A stretch of DNA of 64,000 nucleotides from an uncultured Chloroflexia bacterium (GTDB taxonomy: Bacteria; Chloroflexota; Anaerolineae; JAAYZQ01), in NCBI GenBank assembly GCA_963700285.1, contig CAVOXA010000010.1:1728001-1792000 (forward strand). Direction: 5' to 3'. The notes beneath the pieces were generated by a model. The model made no database searches. It saw only the letters and a program-made list of their open reading frames with translations, and was not told the origin of the DNA. Of this stretch, positions 42,526 to 52,058 are shown piece after piece (within the stretch, counting starts at the first letter, position 1; each line of letters starts with the position of its first letter). The position numbers were made by a program, and so were the translations under genes.

Positions 42526-43160
42526 GCCCGAGTGCCAGTGCTGCCCGTGTGATGTGAAAAGCCACGATTTTGTCCAGGCCTGCAACTCTTCCAAGCTCCA
42601 CGATCGGCTTCCACTCCATTGGCCTCCACTGCCTGTTGGACTTGTGCACGCGGTCAGAAACCCTCTGACCTTGTCTCCACGTTCCTGCTTCACGGCTGGC
42701 AAATCTCACCAATAATTGGAATCGGGCCAAGACATTGAAGAACCTGACTGACCCACGTTACGAAGATTATCGGGAACGCTTCGGGTTCGAAAAGGAAGCC
42801 TGCCCCACCAAAGGTGGGCTGTGCCACTTCCTCATCGCCCTGGCAAGTCACTCTGATTCTGCAGGTGACACGGTCCGGATAGAGCTGGAAGGCGTGCCAG
42901 CCGTCCAAGTGGCAGTCCAGTATCCCAACCAACTCCTAGCCGGTGCTGTCCATTTGATCTGCGAAGCTAACCTGCTCAGCCTCGAAGCCTGGACGCAGGC
43001 ACTCATTTGTCCCGATGGCATGCTCCATGATGCTGCTTCGCGCCTGCCCCCCCGCGATGCAGAAGCGCGATTTGTCTACTACAGCGGTTCGAATCGGCCG
43101 CGCAATAGCCCCAATCGACCCCAGGACGAGTCCAAAACGAAAAAGAGGTGTGGGCGGAAG
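42516..43160 (+). pseudogene. Degraded, truncated putative transposase gene coupled to the sigma-like gene
   Basis: ATG after GGAGG near the end of the sigma remnant; stops and frameshifts; 'ALICPDGMLHDAASR…RDAEARFVYYSG' resembles the first DDE aspartate region (recognised from memory, not searched). Confidence 0.45.
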
Positions 43161-43261
43161 TGTCCGGGCTGCTTCTCACTGGCCCCCCGCCTGTTTTGCT
43201 TCATTTCTGGAGGCTGAAAACGAGAACTCTGAGCCATCAACCCCACCCAAGGCACCTATCC

Positions 43262-45709
43262 TCACCTCTCACCACCCCTTCTACTTTGAATCCCCTTGGG
43301 TGTCGGGGATGTAGGACTCGTCGTGCCAACGGTCACCAGCCAGGCACCTGTATAGGCCAGGGCAGCGGCGCCCAGTACCCACGAGAAACCGGCCGAAAGG
43401 GCGATGATCGCCGCCAGGATCGAACCCAGCACCGACGCACAACCATTGACCGCCCAGGCCCAAGGGATCATGCCTGGAGAACGATCTCGGAGCCAAGCCA
43501 ACCCACCGGGGAAGGGAATGCCCATCAGAAAGCCGAGCGGCGCCAGGCACAGTACAGCAACCAGGAGGCGCACCTCCATAGGCGCCGTCAAGGCATTCTG
43601 GAACAGAACAGGCAATCCCAGGGGGTAGAACAGGATCAGGGCTGCCAGCGGGGGCAGCGTCCAGCGCGGCGACAGCCGCTGCGCGGCTAGGCTTCCTAAT
43701 CCAGAGAACAGCAACAAAGCGATCGCTACTGTCGTAAAGGCATAGATGGGTTGGCCCAGGAAGAGGATGAAACGCTGGATCAGGGGGATCTCGACAAAAA
43801 GAAATCCCAATCCCAGCAAGCCAAAGTAGATCAACACGCGGCCCTTTAGCCGTTTTGAGCCTGGCAGCCCCCCGGCCTCCAGCCTGGCCAAGGCCATAGG
43901 CACCAGGATCAGGACCACTGACGCCACCACAGACACTGCCAGCAGGGCGAGTAGTACCAAATAGCCGCTTCCACCCCACGGCTGCCAGGTCTTGCCAAGC
44001 TGTTGCAGAATGGCCCGGGTCTGGCTCCACCGGAAAAAGTGAAAGTAGAAGGGCCGATCGTCGGTCGCGGGCCGCACGTCATAGATATGAGCGGCATAGA
44101 GTACCTGGGGCTGGGCCAGCAACCGCTCGAAAGCACGATAGTAGACCGGTTCCTCCAACACATTGCGCTGGTTGGCCTCCACCTCCGTCAGACCGGGCAG
44201 CACCACCAGATCCAGGTCCTGCCGCTTGCTGAATTCGCGGATCTGATCCAGCTCAGCCTGCGAATACGCGCCGTTCTTGACCAGTATGAGCCCAACCTGC
44301 CAGCTCCGCAGCACAGCTATCCGATCTCCGGGGTCAGCCACCCCAGCGCGGCGCAGTGCTTCAACGGCCGTCGCCCCCGCCCGCAGCATCTCACTGGGCG
44401 GTACTTGCAGCCAGCGCTCGATGACCAGCAGCCCTCCCGGCCGCAGGCTGCCCACATAGTCCTCAAACGCCTCCACCGTCAGGTCATAGCGCTCGCCCAG
44501 GCTGTAGGCGCCCGAGGTGACCGGCCGGTAGGTGTCGCTGAGCGCCAGGTGGACCACGTCAAAGACTTGATCCTGGCGGCGCACATAATTCCGTCCATCC
44601 TCGGTCACTACCCGCACCCGGTCATCCTGGTACGCGCCGCCCGCAGCCTCTGCTACAAGTGGATTGCTCTCGACGGCCACCACCGATGCTGCTCCCTGCT
44701 GCAGCGCCGTCCACACATCCAGTCCCCCCTTGGGCTCCAGAACCAGCGCCCGCGCCCCAGGCCGCATCTGGTAGGGCAAAGCCACCGGCAGAAAGCCCGT
44801 GAAGTCCCGCAATCTGTCTGCGGCAGCCTCCCCTTCCGTGGACTTTAGCACTGGAGACAGGTCGTCGCCATCCACAAACAACCCATCCTGGGGCAGCATC
44901 TGGCCCAAATAGTTCAGACTGAGCCCCGGAGCCGAGCGGATGGCTGAACTGGCCACGAGGTCCACGCGCGAAAAGGCGTTCCACCGCTGCCAGCGTATCC
45001 GGCTGTCCGGGAAGCGGAGTACCTGGCTAAGGCCCTTGTAGGGAGAAAGGCGAAGCTGGAAGGGGGACGGAGGAAAGTCCGCTAGTACCAGCAAAAGGCT
45101 ACAGGCAGCAAGCAAGAGGAGGGGCATCACAATACGGGAGCCCGGGAACCGGTGACGTGCCCCCCCCAGCCGGAAAACCAAAGCAGCAAAGAGGCCGAGG
45201 GCAGCGATGGCCAGGACCGTGCCTTCGCCGAGCAATGGCAGGGCCAGCAGAGGGATCAGGCCGCCCAGGGCTGCGCCCAGCAGGTTGGCGGCATAGATGC
45301 GCGCAGCAGAGTTGGCGTGCGCGGTCAGCAACAGACCGGTGACCAAGCCGGCACAGAAAAACGGCACCGTCAGTGCCAGATAGTACAGGACCAGGTAGAG
45401 GACCTGGGCCCGCTCCCAGGCGATGCGGTAGGAATCAAAGGGCAGGTGATTCAGGCTGAGGGTTGCCCCAACCACGCTGGCCGAAAAGAGGGAAGCCAGG
45501 GTCGAGGCGCGGCCAGCAGTGGGCGACCTGCTCCAGCGTGGAACCAGGGTCAGAGCCGTGCCGCTGGCCCCATAGCCCAGCAAGGCCACACTGACCGCCA
45601 AAAACGCGAAATGGTACCATTGCGTGACGGAGAACAGCCGGGTCAGTGTAATCTCAAAAGCCAGCGCAGCAGCCGAAAGAAGCGCCAGACCCAGATATAG
45701 GGAACTCAT
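43262..45709 (-). CDS. Large membrane protein with spermidine-synthase-like methyltransferase domain
   Basis: 'FEITLTRLFSVTQWYHFAF', 'VESNP', 'EDGRNYV…FDVV', 'TDDRPF'. Confidence 0.82.
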   Translation of the reverse strand: MSSLYLGLALLSAAALAFEITLTRLFSVTQWYHFAFLAVSVALLGYGASGTALTLVPRWSRSPTAGRASTLASLFSASVVGATLSLNHLPFDSYRIAWERAQVLYLVLYYLALTVPFFCAGLVTGLLLTAHANSAARIYAANLLGAALGGLIPLLALPLLGEGTVLAIAALGLFAALVFRLGGARHRFPGSRIVMPLLLLAACSLLLVLADFPPSPFQLRLSPYKGLSQVLRFPDSRIRWQRWNAFSRVDLVASSAIRSAPGLSLNYLGQMLPQDGLFVDGDDLSPVLKSTEGEAAADRLRDFTGFLPVALPYQMRPGARALVLEPKGGLDVWTALQQGAASVVAVESNPLVAEAAGGAYQDDRVRVVTEDGRNYVRRQDQVFDVVHLALSDTYRPVTSGAYSLGERYDLTVEAFEDYVGSLRPGGLLVIERWLQVPPSEMLRAGATAVEALRRAGVADPGDRIAVLRSWQVGLILVKNGAYSQAELDQIREFSKRQDLDLVVLPGLTEVEANQRNVLEEPVYYRAFERLLAQPQVLYAAHIYDVRPATDDRPFYFHFFRWSQTRAILQQLGKTWQPWGGSGYLVLLALLAVSVVASVVLILVPMALARLEAGGLPGSKRLKGRVLIYFGLLGLGFLFVEIPLIQRFILFLGQPIYAFTTVAIALLLFSGLGSLAAQRLSPRWTLPPLAALILFYPLGLPVLFQNALTAPMEVRLLVAVLCLAPLGFLMGIPFPGGLAWLRDRSPGMIPWAWAVNGCASVLGSILAAIIALSAGFSWVLGAAALAYTGAWLVTVGTTSPTSPTPKGIQSRRGGER

Positions 45710-45745
45710 TCGGCCAGCACTCCTTCAAGGCGGTCTCAATGACCA

Positions 45746-45866
45746 GTCATTCTGAGGAGCGAGCACAGTTCGTGAGCGATGAAGAATCTTTCCTTACACT
45801 GGGCAGGCAGTTTCGATCATGGTCACCGAGATTCTTGGCCTCCGCTGCGCTTCGGCTCAGAATGAC
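45746..45866. repeat. Palindromic intergenic element (REP/RPE-like)
   Basis: GTCATTCTGAG…GAAGAATCT / AGATTCTT…CTCAGAATGAC inverted arms. Confidence 0.7.
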
Positions 45867-45963
45867 GTGATTTCTCATGGCTTTCACGTGTATGTTTTGT
45901 CCTCGCCTGCGCAGTAGCGCGACGCCGCCGAGTCATCAGAGCCGCAGCGAGCCCTCCTCCTGC

Positions 45964-46812
45964 CTACCCTCTTCCAACGATCACATCATAGATCGCCTGC
46001 AGCTCCTCCTCCGAGTAAAAGTGTACCACCAACCGGCCCTTACCTTTGCGGTTCCGATACAGGTTCACTTTGGTACCCAGCATCTCTCGAAAATCCTCTT
46101 CCAGCGCCTGAGTTTCGGGAGATACAGGCTCCTTGTCCTTGGGCTGCGGCTCGGTCAGCAAGCGGCGTACCAGTTCCTCTGTCTGGCGGACACTGAGTGC
46201 CCTGTGGACCACGGCCTTGAGCCCCAGTACCTGCTCCTCTTCCGACGGCAGGGCGAGCAGCGCGCGGGCGTGTCCCTCGCTGATGGATCCATCAGCCAGC
46301 GCCTGCCGTACCTCGGGCGGCAGGCGCAACAAGCGCATGGTGTTGGTCACCGCCACCCGGCTTTTTCCCACGCGCTCGGCTACCTGCTCCTGCGTCAGGC
46401 CAAATTCATCCACCAACTGGCGGTAGGCTGTCGCCTCTTCCAGGGGATTCAGATCGGCCCGCTGGATGTTCTCCACCAGCGCTAATTCCAACGCCTCCTG
46501 GGGCGTGGCCTCTTTGACGATGACGGGCACCGTGGCCAGGCCAGCCATGCGCGCTGCCTGCCACCGCCGCTCCCCAGCGATGAGCTGATAGCGCTCCGGA
46601 CCCTGCTGCGTCACGATGAGAGGCTGGATAAGCCCGTGCTCCTTGACCGAAGCAGCCAGTTCTGCCAGCGCATTGGGATCGAAGGTGGTCCGAGGCTGCA
46701 TGGGGTTGGGCGTGATGGTCGCCACCGGTACCTGAGCCAGACCTCCAGCCGGCTCCTCAGCCTCCGGTATCAGAGCACCCAGTCCTTTGCCAAGTCCCCG
46801 CCGTGTGGTCAT
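45964..46812 (-). CDS. parB: ParB/Spo0J partition protein
   Basis: 'GLGKGLGALI', 'QPR..F', 'IAGERRWQA', 'ENIQRADLNPLEEA', HTH. Confidence 0.95.
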   Translation of the reverse strand: MTTRRGLGKGLGALIPEAEEPAGGLAQVPVATITPNPMQPRTTFDPNALAELAASVKEHGLIQPLIVTQQGPERYQLIAGERRWQAARMAGLATVPVIVKEATPQEALELALVENIQRADLNPLEEATAYRQLVDEFGLTQEQVAERVGKSRVAVTNTMRLLRLPPEVRQALADGSISEGHARALLALPSEEEQVLGLKAVVHRALSVRQTEELVRRLLTEPQPKDKEPVSPETQALEEDFREMLGTKVNLYRNRKGKGRLVVHFYSEEELQAIYDVIVGRG

Positions 46813-47579
46813 GATTCGTTCCTCTCCATCAGTTCGTAGGCCAGGGCGTGATAGGCCGCCGCGCCGGCCGTGGCTGGGGCGTAGCTCATGATCGTCTCGC
46901 CATAGCTGGGTGCCTCGCCAAGCCGCACCGTTCGAGGAACCACCGTTTCGAAAACGTGTGCTGGAAAGTAGCGGCGCACCTCCTCTACCACCTGCCGGGA
47001 GAGGTTGGTCCGGGCATCGAACATGGTCAGGACCACCCCGGCAATGGCCAATCGTGAATTGAGGCTATCGCGCACCATGTAGATAGTCTTGAGGAGATGC
47101 CCCAACCCTTCCAGCGCCAGGTACTCGCACTGGACGGGGATGATAACGCCATCTTGTACCGCCGTAAGGGCATTCACCGTCAGAAGGCCCAGGCTGGGCG
47201 GGCAGTCAATGAGCACATAGTCATAGCGGTCTATGACCGGCTCCAGGACGCGACCGAGGCGGTATTCCCGCTGATCCAGGGCTACCAGTTCCACTTCAGC
47301 GCCAGCCAGCTCCCGCGTCGATGGCAGCAGATCCAGGTGCACCTGGTTGGTCAACCGGATCGCCTGCTCGGCCGGCACGCCATCCAGTAGCACGTTGTAG
47401 ACCGACTGGGCCACCTGCTGCCGCTGGATGCCCAGATGGGAGGTCGCGTTGGCCTGGGGATCAAAGTCAACCAGCAGAACACGGCTGCCCGCGCCGGCCA
47501 GGTACGCGCCCAGATTCACTGCGGTCGTCGTTTTCCCAACGCCACCCTTTTGATTGGCCAAGGCATAGATTCTGGACAT
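46809..47579 (-). CDS. parA: ParA/Soj ATPase
   Basis: 'NQKGGVGKTT', 'DPQANAT', 'IDCPPSLG', 'PVQCEYLALEG'. Confidence 0.95.
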   Translation of the reverse strand: MSRIYALANQKGGVGKTTTAVNLGAYLAGAGSRVLLVDFDPQANATSHLGIQRQQVAQSVYNVLLDGVPAEQAIRLTNQVHLDLLPSTRELAGAEVELVALDQREYRLGRVLEPVIDRYDYVLIDCPPSLGLLTVNALTAVQDGVIIPVQCEYLALEGLGHLLKTIYMVRDSLNSRLAIAGVVLTMFDARTNLSRQVVEEVRRYFPAHVFETVVPRTVRLGEAPSYGETIMSYAPATAGAAAYHALAYELMERNES

Positions 47580-47805
47580 GATCAACGGACACAGACCCTA
47601 AGGGTCTTCTTCAGCGAGGGCATTGTTCACCTGAAAGCAGAGATGCGCCGGCCACCCAATCCCACAACCGTAATCAGACCCTTCGGGTCTGGGGGCAGCA
47701 AGCACGATTATTATAGCAGAGAAGGACCAAAAGCGGAAATATCTGCTCCGGCACGTTGCTGTTCAAGCCTGACTGCGGCAGGCTTGAACAGCAATACGAT
47801 TTGAT

Positions 47806-47834
47806 TTGACGGGCAAGGTTACTTCTGCTACAAT
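47806..47834 (+). promoter_or_regulatory. Sigma70 promoter of tRNA-Glu
   Basis: TTGACG-N17-TACAAT ending 11 nt upstream of the tRNA. Confidence 0.75.
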
Positions 47835-47845
47835 AGTGCGGTCCT

Positions 47846-47918
47846 GCCCCCATCGTCTAGTGGCCTAGGACACCGCCCTTTCAAGGCGGCGACAGGGATT
47901 CGAATTCCCTTGGGGGCA
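47846..47918 (+). tRNA. tRNA-Glu (anticodon TTC), CCA not encoded
   Basis: Cloverleaf: GCCCCCA/TGGGGGC acceptor, CCGCC-CTTTCAA-GGCGG anticodon arm, AGGGA-TTCGAAT-TCCCT T-arm. Confidence 0.96.
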
Positions 47919-47938
47919 TACCTGTGATTTGTACCAGG

Positions 47939-47971
47939 GAGGAAACCTGTGAAAAACACCAGGGTTTCCTC
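47939..47971 (+). terminator. Hairpin after tRNA (start of module 1)
   Basis: GAGGAAACC…GGTTTCCTC. Confidence 0.55.
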
Positions 47972-48007
47972 TCAAGGTTTGGGGTCAAACGGATGGGTGT
48001 CAAGGTT

Positions 48008-48205
48008 ATGGGCATCAAAGAAATCGAAAAGGCCATCGTTCAACTGCCAGCCAAAGATCTGGACAAGCTGGCAGGCTGGCTCGAGGATTACCGTGCCCAG
48101 ATGTGGGACAAGCAGATCGAAGAAGATCTCGAAGCAGGACGCCTGTATGCCTTGCTTGCCGAGGTCGATGAGGAGTACGAGGCAGGGTTGAGCCAACCGC
48201 TGTGA
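48008..48205 (+). CDS. Putative antitoxin
   Basis: 65-aa acidic ORF ('WDKQIEEDLEAGRL') overlapping the toxin start by 4 nt. Confidence 0.7.
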   Translation: MGIKEIEKAIVQLPAKDLDKLAGWLEDYRAQMWDKQIEEDLEAGRLYALLAEVDEEYEAGLSQPL

Positions 48206-48465
48206 AGCACCTGACTCTACCCCGTTTCTGGAAGCACTACGGGCAACTGCCAAAAGAAGTACAAGAGCTAGCCGACAAGAGCTTTGAACTCCTCAAGGCC
48301 GATCCCTACCATCCCTCGCTGCATTTCAAGAAGATAGGTGGGGCAAAGCAGTTGTGGTCAGCGCGCGTTGGCGCCCACTACCGAGTTCTGGGTGTGCAGA
48401 AGCCAGAGGGCATCGTGTGGTTCTGGATCGGCACCCACGCCGACTACGATAGGATACTGTCGTGA
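48202..48465 (+). CDS. RelE/ParE-like type II toxin
   Basis: 'FWK.Y..LP.EVQ.LADK.F.LL..DP.HPSLHFKK', 'WSARVG.HYR', 'WFWIGTHADYD'. Confidence 0.82.
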   Translation: MKHLTLPRFWKHYGQLPKEVQELADKSFELLKADPYHPSLHFKKIGGAKQLWSARVGAHYRVLGVQKPEGIVWFWIGTHADYDRILS

Positions 48466-48540
48466 TGGTTCGAGTGCTCTCCAGCTTGTGTAATGCTCAA
48501 GCGGAAGGTCATCTCGACTTAGGTTCTCGACAAGCTCTCA

Positions 48541-48584
48541 GCCCCGCAAGGGTGGCGACATGGCGTGCGTTCGAGGTCCCTTGG
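48541..48584 (+). repeat. Module-boundary repeat R1 (left part; completed by GGGCA at 50219-50223 after the IS110)
   Basis: GCCCCGCAAGGGTGGCGACATGGCGTGCGTTCGAGGTCCCTTGG, identical to the first 44 nt of R2. Confidence 0.9.
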
Positions 48585-48744
48585 ACACGCTTTGTCAAGT
48601 CCCGCAGTGGCCGATGCGCAGGCGGAAACGACGCGGCGCTTTACGATAATTGCACCTCGCTTCAGATACCAATCTTCTCTGGTGAGCCTTTGACTTGCCA
48701 AGTCTTCGAACCCCTACAACGGATTCACGCGTACTTCTGCAGAG

Positions 48745-49959
48745 CTAGGATCTAGGCCGGCGACGCTGAGCACGTTGTTGTATGTGGTAGGACTCGTCGT
48801 AGGCCTTGCCGTCTTGCCACATCTTCCAGATGATGGCCAGCCACCGATTGGCCAGCCGACGGTAGGCATCGGAGTCAGAGCGACAGCGGGGACGGACATC
48901 GCGCCAGTAGGCCAAAGCCCAGCCCGACTGCCGCACGGAGGCCTTGGCGAACTGCTGGGCAATGCGCCGGAACTCACGGTCGCAGCCGCGACGGAAGATG
49001 ACGACCTTGCGCTTGCCACTCTTCTTGGTGACGGGGCAGGTACCGGCCAGGGCCTGAACGCCGGCCGGTGTGGGGAAGCGATCGCGGTGGTCACCGAACT
49101 TGGCCAGCAGCCCAGGAGCCAGGAGCTCGCCGGCACCAGGCAGGGAATCGAAGATGAAGGCATCGGGGTGTTGGGAGAAGAGCTGAGCCAGGGAAGAGAG
49201 GGCTTCCGTGCGACGGAGTACCTGAGGCAGGAGCAGTTCGGCCAAGATGCGGATCTGGTCACGATAGGCTGCCACCGCGATAGGGTTGGCTTCTGGGGCG
49301 GGATCCATCAAGTGAGCGTAACGTCGCGAGATGAGGTCCGCCCGGCCATAACGATGTTCTCGACAGAAAGCCTCAAAAGCAGCTCGAGTCAAGCCTTGGG
49401 CTTCCTGGGCTGTGGGATAGGCCATGAGGAAGTGGAGGTTGATCTGGGCGGTGAGTTTCCCGAATAGGCCCAGAGCTTGGGGATAGACGCGAAACAGGAC
49501 GGCCCGGAGTTGGTTGCTCTGGCGCTGGATGGAGCGGCGCAGGAGGTCGATGAGCCGCACTTGAGCCAAGATCTGTTGGGTCAGAGCAGAGTTGGGTTGC
49601 AGGCGGCGATGGCTGTCCAGGTCGGTGTGGAGGATGCTGGACAGGAGAGCGGCATCGGTGTCATCGGTATGGGCGTCGGTGCTCCGCTGGCGATTGCGGT
49701 AGCCTTTTGTGGCTTGGGGCGGGATCAGATAGACGAGGTAGCCACGGTCGAGTAGGAAATCGACGAGCAAGTTGTAGGCGGTCTCAATGGCGACCAGACA
49801 TTCGCTGGGCGGCACACCCAACTTGCGCCGCTCGTCGTCGAAGCGCTGGAAACCTTCCAGGGTGTGCTTGAATTCGACCTGGCTCACAATGGCGCCTTTG
49901 CTGTTGCGAATGCACAGGTTGTGATGCTGTTCACTCCAGTCAATCCCGAACTTGAACAT
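48745..49959 (-). CDS. IS110 family DEDD recombinase/transposase
   Basis: 'FGIDWS' (D), 'VAIETA' (E), 'HTDDTDA' (DD), 'SLPGAGE', 'LAGTCPVTKKSGKR' serine loop. Confidence 0.93.
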   Translation of the reverse strand: MFKFGIDWSEQHHNLCIRNSKGAIVSQVEFKHTLEGFQRFDDERRKLGVPPSECLVAIETAYNLLVDFLLDRGYLVYLIPPQATKGYRNRQRSTDAHTDDTDAALLSSILHTDLDSHRRLQPNSALTQQILAQVRLIDLLRRSIQRQSNQLRAVLFRVYPQALGLFGKLTAQINLHFLMAYPTAQEAQGLTRAAFEAFCREHRYGRADLISRRYAHLMDPAPEANPIAVAAYRDQIRILAELLLPQVLRRTEALSSLAQLFSQHPDAFIFDSLPGAGELLAPGLLAKFGDHRDRFPTPAGVQALAGTCPVTKKSGKRKVVIFRRGCDREFRRIAQQFAKASVRQSGWALAYWRDVRPRCRSDSDAYRRLANRWLAIIWKMWQDGKAYDESYHIQQRAQRRRPRS

Positions 49960-49989
49960 AGAACGCCTCCTTTGGGTTCTTGTGCCCAT

Positions 49990-50197
49990 CGGAGTATGCG
50001 GACTACCGTGTTCCTATTATGGCGCTCGTAGCGCAGCACGCTTTCGACAGTGCCATCCGGCTAGCCCGGGGGGACCATCCAAGGGTGGCGCTCGCGGCGC
50101 TGGGGGCACGCGGTCCTCTGATCCCGGGCGAGTCTCCGATGGGGTCAGCCTGGCAAGTGGCTGCTCACCGCTTGTAGTCTACCCCATCGGTTGACTC
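49990..50197 (-). ncRNA. Predicted bridge RNA of IS110 copy 1 (boundaries approximate)
   Basis: 5' stem-loop, target loop with TGCCCCC and CCCTTGG guides, donor loop with AAAGCGTG and TAATAGG guides. Confidence 0.8.
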
Positions 50198-50251
50198 CAC
50201 ACAAGTATAGCTAATAGGGGGCATGTGTCGCCACTTGCCATAATGTGGGCG

Positions 50252-50297
50252 ATAGAGAGGGACCGCTTCAAGAGTGCCTGAAGCGGTCCCTCTCTAT
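50252..50297 (+). terminator. Hairpin at the start of module 2
   Basis: 19-bp perfect stem ATAGAGAGGGACCGCTTCA/TGAAGCGGTCCCTCTCTAT. Confidence 0.7.
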
Positions 50298-50863
50298 TGT
50301 TGTAGAAAAACACAGAAATCGTCGGATTAGGGATACAAGAAAGCCGAGATGAACCCCAGATGAACAGGCAGGCGACCAGAGTCATCACTTTGCCAGACAA
50401 TCCGGCAGTCAGGCAGCTGAGCGAGATGGCGTGCCCCGAAGAGTGTCGAATCACCAGTTGCCAATGCAACCGCAATGTCAAACATGGGCCGAATGGGCTT
50501 GTTTCTTGACGTGTGAGCCTAATCAGCCAAGATACTTCAAATCCGAACCTTCGTGCCGTTGACCGGAGAGCCATGTACGAGGATCGATGGTTCCAGTAGT
50601 CCTACTACGAGGCGGACGGTCCAGGATTTGTTGGGGTGTGAGCGAAACTGATTCGAGATGGCGGAAGGGGCAGAAGCGCACCAACCCTCCCACCATCTCA
50701 TGAGGGGACCCCCTCTCAGTGCATCATGGCCGGCTTATTGTCGAAGGTTCCGCCAACTCCCCATCACGGCGGGATGGGGAGGTCGATGGCCCACTGCCAG
50801 TGCACCGGCCCGGCCACGGGTGTAGGGAATATGTCGTTAGGCTGCCCGTCGCAGTGTTGACAG

Positions 50864-51667
50864 CTACGGGGTAGCATCCCCGTACCCCAGGTCCCGAAGA
50901 AGGTCGGCAATGATGGCGTCACCCGTGGCATTGGTGTGTATGCCGTCTTCAAGGTAGCCTTCTGGATCTTGATTACCATCTGGACCATTGAACGCCGTAT
51001 AGACAGGCACCACGAGAGTACCATACTCGACTGCAACCTGGTGAACGATGGAGTTCACTCCTTCAACGCAGGTCTTCTTGTCCTCGAAGAAACCCAGTTC
51101 CTTCTGATGCTCGAACTGGAAGTGATAGTCCTCAAAGAGGTGGATGATCGTGTCGTTGGTTCCTCGCAGAGCCAGGATCTCGGCGACAATGGCGCCCAGG
51201 TCCCTGTCCATCGCCTCCAATAGGCGATCGCAGCTCAGACCTTTGCTGGTGTATGCGCTTTTAGCTCTCATGCCCCCAGTCCACACCGTTATGACCTCGG
51301 CCTCACGCACCAATGCCCGCAGCTTGTCGTCTTTTCGCAGATTGGCCAGCAGCGCATCGCTGTCCTGCCCACCCTCATGTTCGTAGTGCAGGTTGACTTT
51401 GATGTCGAGGTCATTCTCGATGTGGTCGGCATACATTCCTGGCCACTGACCCATCCCAGTCCTAGAGTCCCCAAACACGACGAGGTCCCATTCGGTGACC
51501 GATTCGGTGACAGTCACCATGGGCGTCACCGTTGGGGCAGGAACAGATGTAGCAGTAGGTGGGATCTGGGTGGGGATGGGAGTAGGTTGGCCAGTCCCGC
51601 ATGCGGCCAAAAGCACCGAGACGATTGTCAGGCCAATCAGTAGCGGAAACATCTTCTTGTAGTACAT
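50864..51667 (-). CDS. SGNH/GDSL hydrolase lipoprotein
   Basis: Lipobox 'LLAAC', 'VVFGDS', 'DGIHTN' (DxxH). Confidence 0.82.
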   Translation of the reverse strand: MYYKKMFPLLIGLTIVSVLLAACGTGQPTPIPTQIPPTATSVPAPTVTPMVTVTESVTEWDLVVFGDSRTGMGQWPGMYADHIENDLDIKVNLHYEHEGGQDSDALLANLRKDDKLRALVREAEVITVWTGGMRAKSAYTSKGLSCDRLLEAMDRDLGAIVAEILALRGTNDTIIHLFEDYHFQFEHQKELGFFEDKKTCVEGVNSIVHQVAVEYGTLVVPVYTAFNGPDGNQDPEGYLEDGIHTNATGDAIIADLLRDLGYGDATP

Positions 51668-51912
51668 TTCACCCTCCTTGTCATTGTCGGTCTGTCTTTG
51701 TCATCCTCTCCCTCAGCTCCCGCGCCCGTCTGTCGTCGCAGAAACAGAAAGAGATCGTCCAGGTTGGCAAAGCCATGCCGCTCGCCGCTGCCCGGGCGGG
51801 CAAGAGACGCCCGCCAGCCAGCAGCCCCTTCGCCCCGCATCCGCCACAACCTCAGCAGATAGGCCAAGTAGTCGGTTTCCTGTTCTTCCGTGTCCTGTGG
51901 GCCTTCGGTCAT
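51637..51912 (-). CDS. Small hypothetical protein ('YLAYLLRLWR…WRASL…GERHGFANLDDL')
   Basis: RBS-like GAGAGG; co-oriented with the SGNH gene and divergent from the SARP regulator. Confidence 0.65.
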   Translation of the reverse strand: MTEGPQDTEEQETDYLAYLLRLWRMRGEGAAGWRASLARPGSGERHGFANLDDLFLFLRRQTGAGAEGEDDKDRPTMTRRVKCTTRRCFRY

Positions 51913-51959
51913 CGCTACTGCCCTCTCTTCTGTGGTCAGTCTAACACGCGGGCGCTCGG

Positions 51960-51981
51960 AAAACGATCACAAAACGATCAC
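51960..51981. promoter_or_regulatory. Tandem 11-bp direct repeat, candidate SARP operator
   Basis: AAAACGATCAC x2, 16 nt from a minus-strand TAGACT -10 (51938-51943). Confidence 0.55.
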
Positions 51982-52058
51982 AGACAGCCATGAGATGCCA
52001 GAGTTGAACCCCAGCCCGGTGTGGTGTATAATGGAACCGTTGGCAAGGAGGCTAGGAA

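Larger units (their letters stand above)
48583..50218 (-). mobile_element. IS110-family element, copy 1 (GG core at both ends)
   Basis: Ends defined by comparison with empty site R2 and with copy 2; no terminal inverted repeats. Confidence 0.92.

Noticed and set aside
45879-45894. parS site near parB (…TTTCACGTG…)
   Set aside because: Only a partial, non-palindromic match to TGTTTCACGTGAAACA.
48541-48584. Repeat R1/R3 as part of the IS110 end
   Set aside because: The same sequence occurs without an IS at 55672, and the 17-bp junction promoter fixes the IS end at the GG.
50300-50860. ORFs 50179..50574 and 50764..51036
   Set aside because: No recognisable family or RBS; probably non-coding or decayed sequence.
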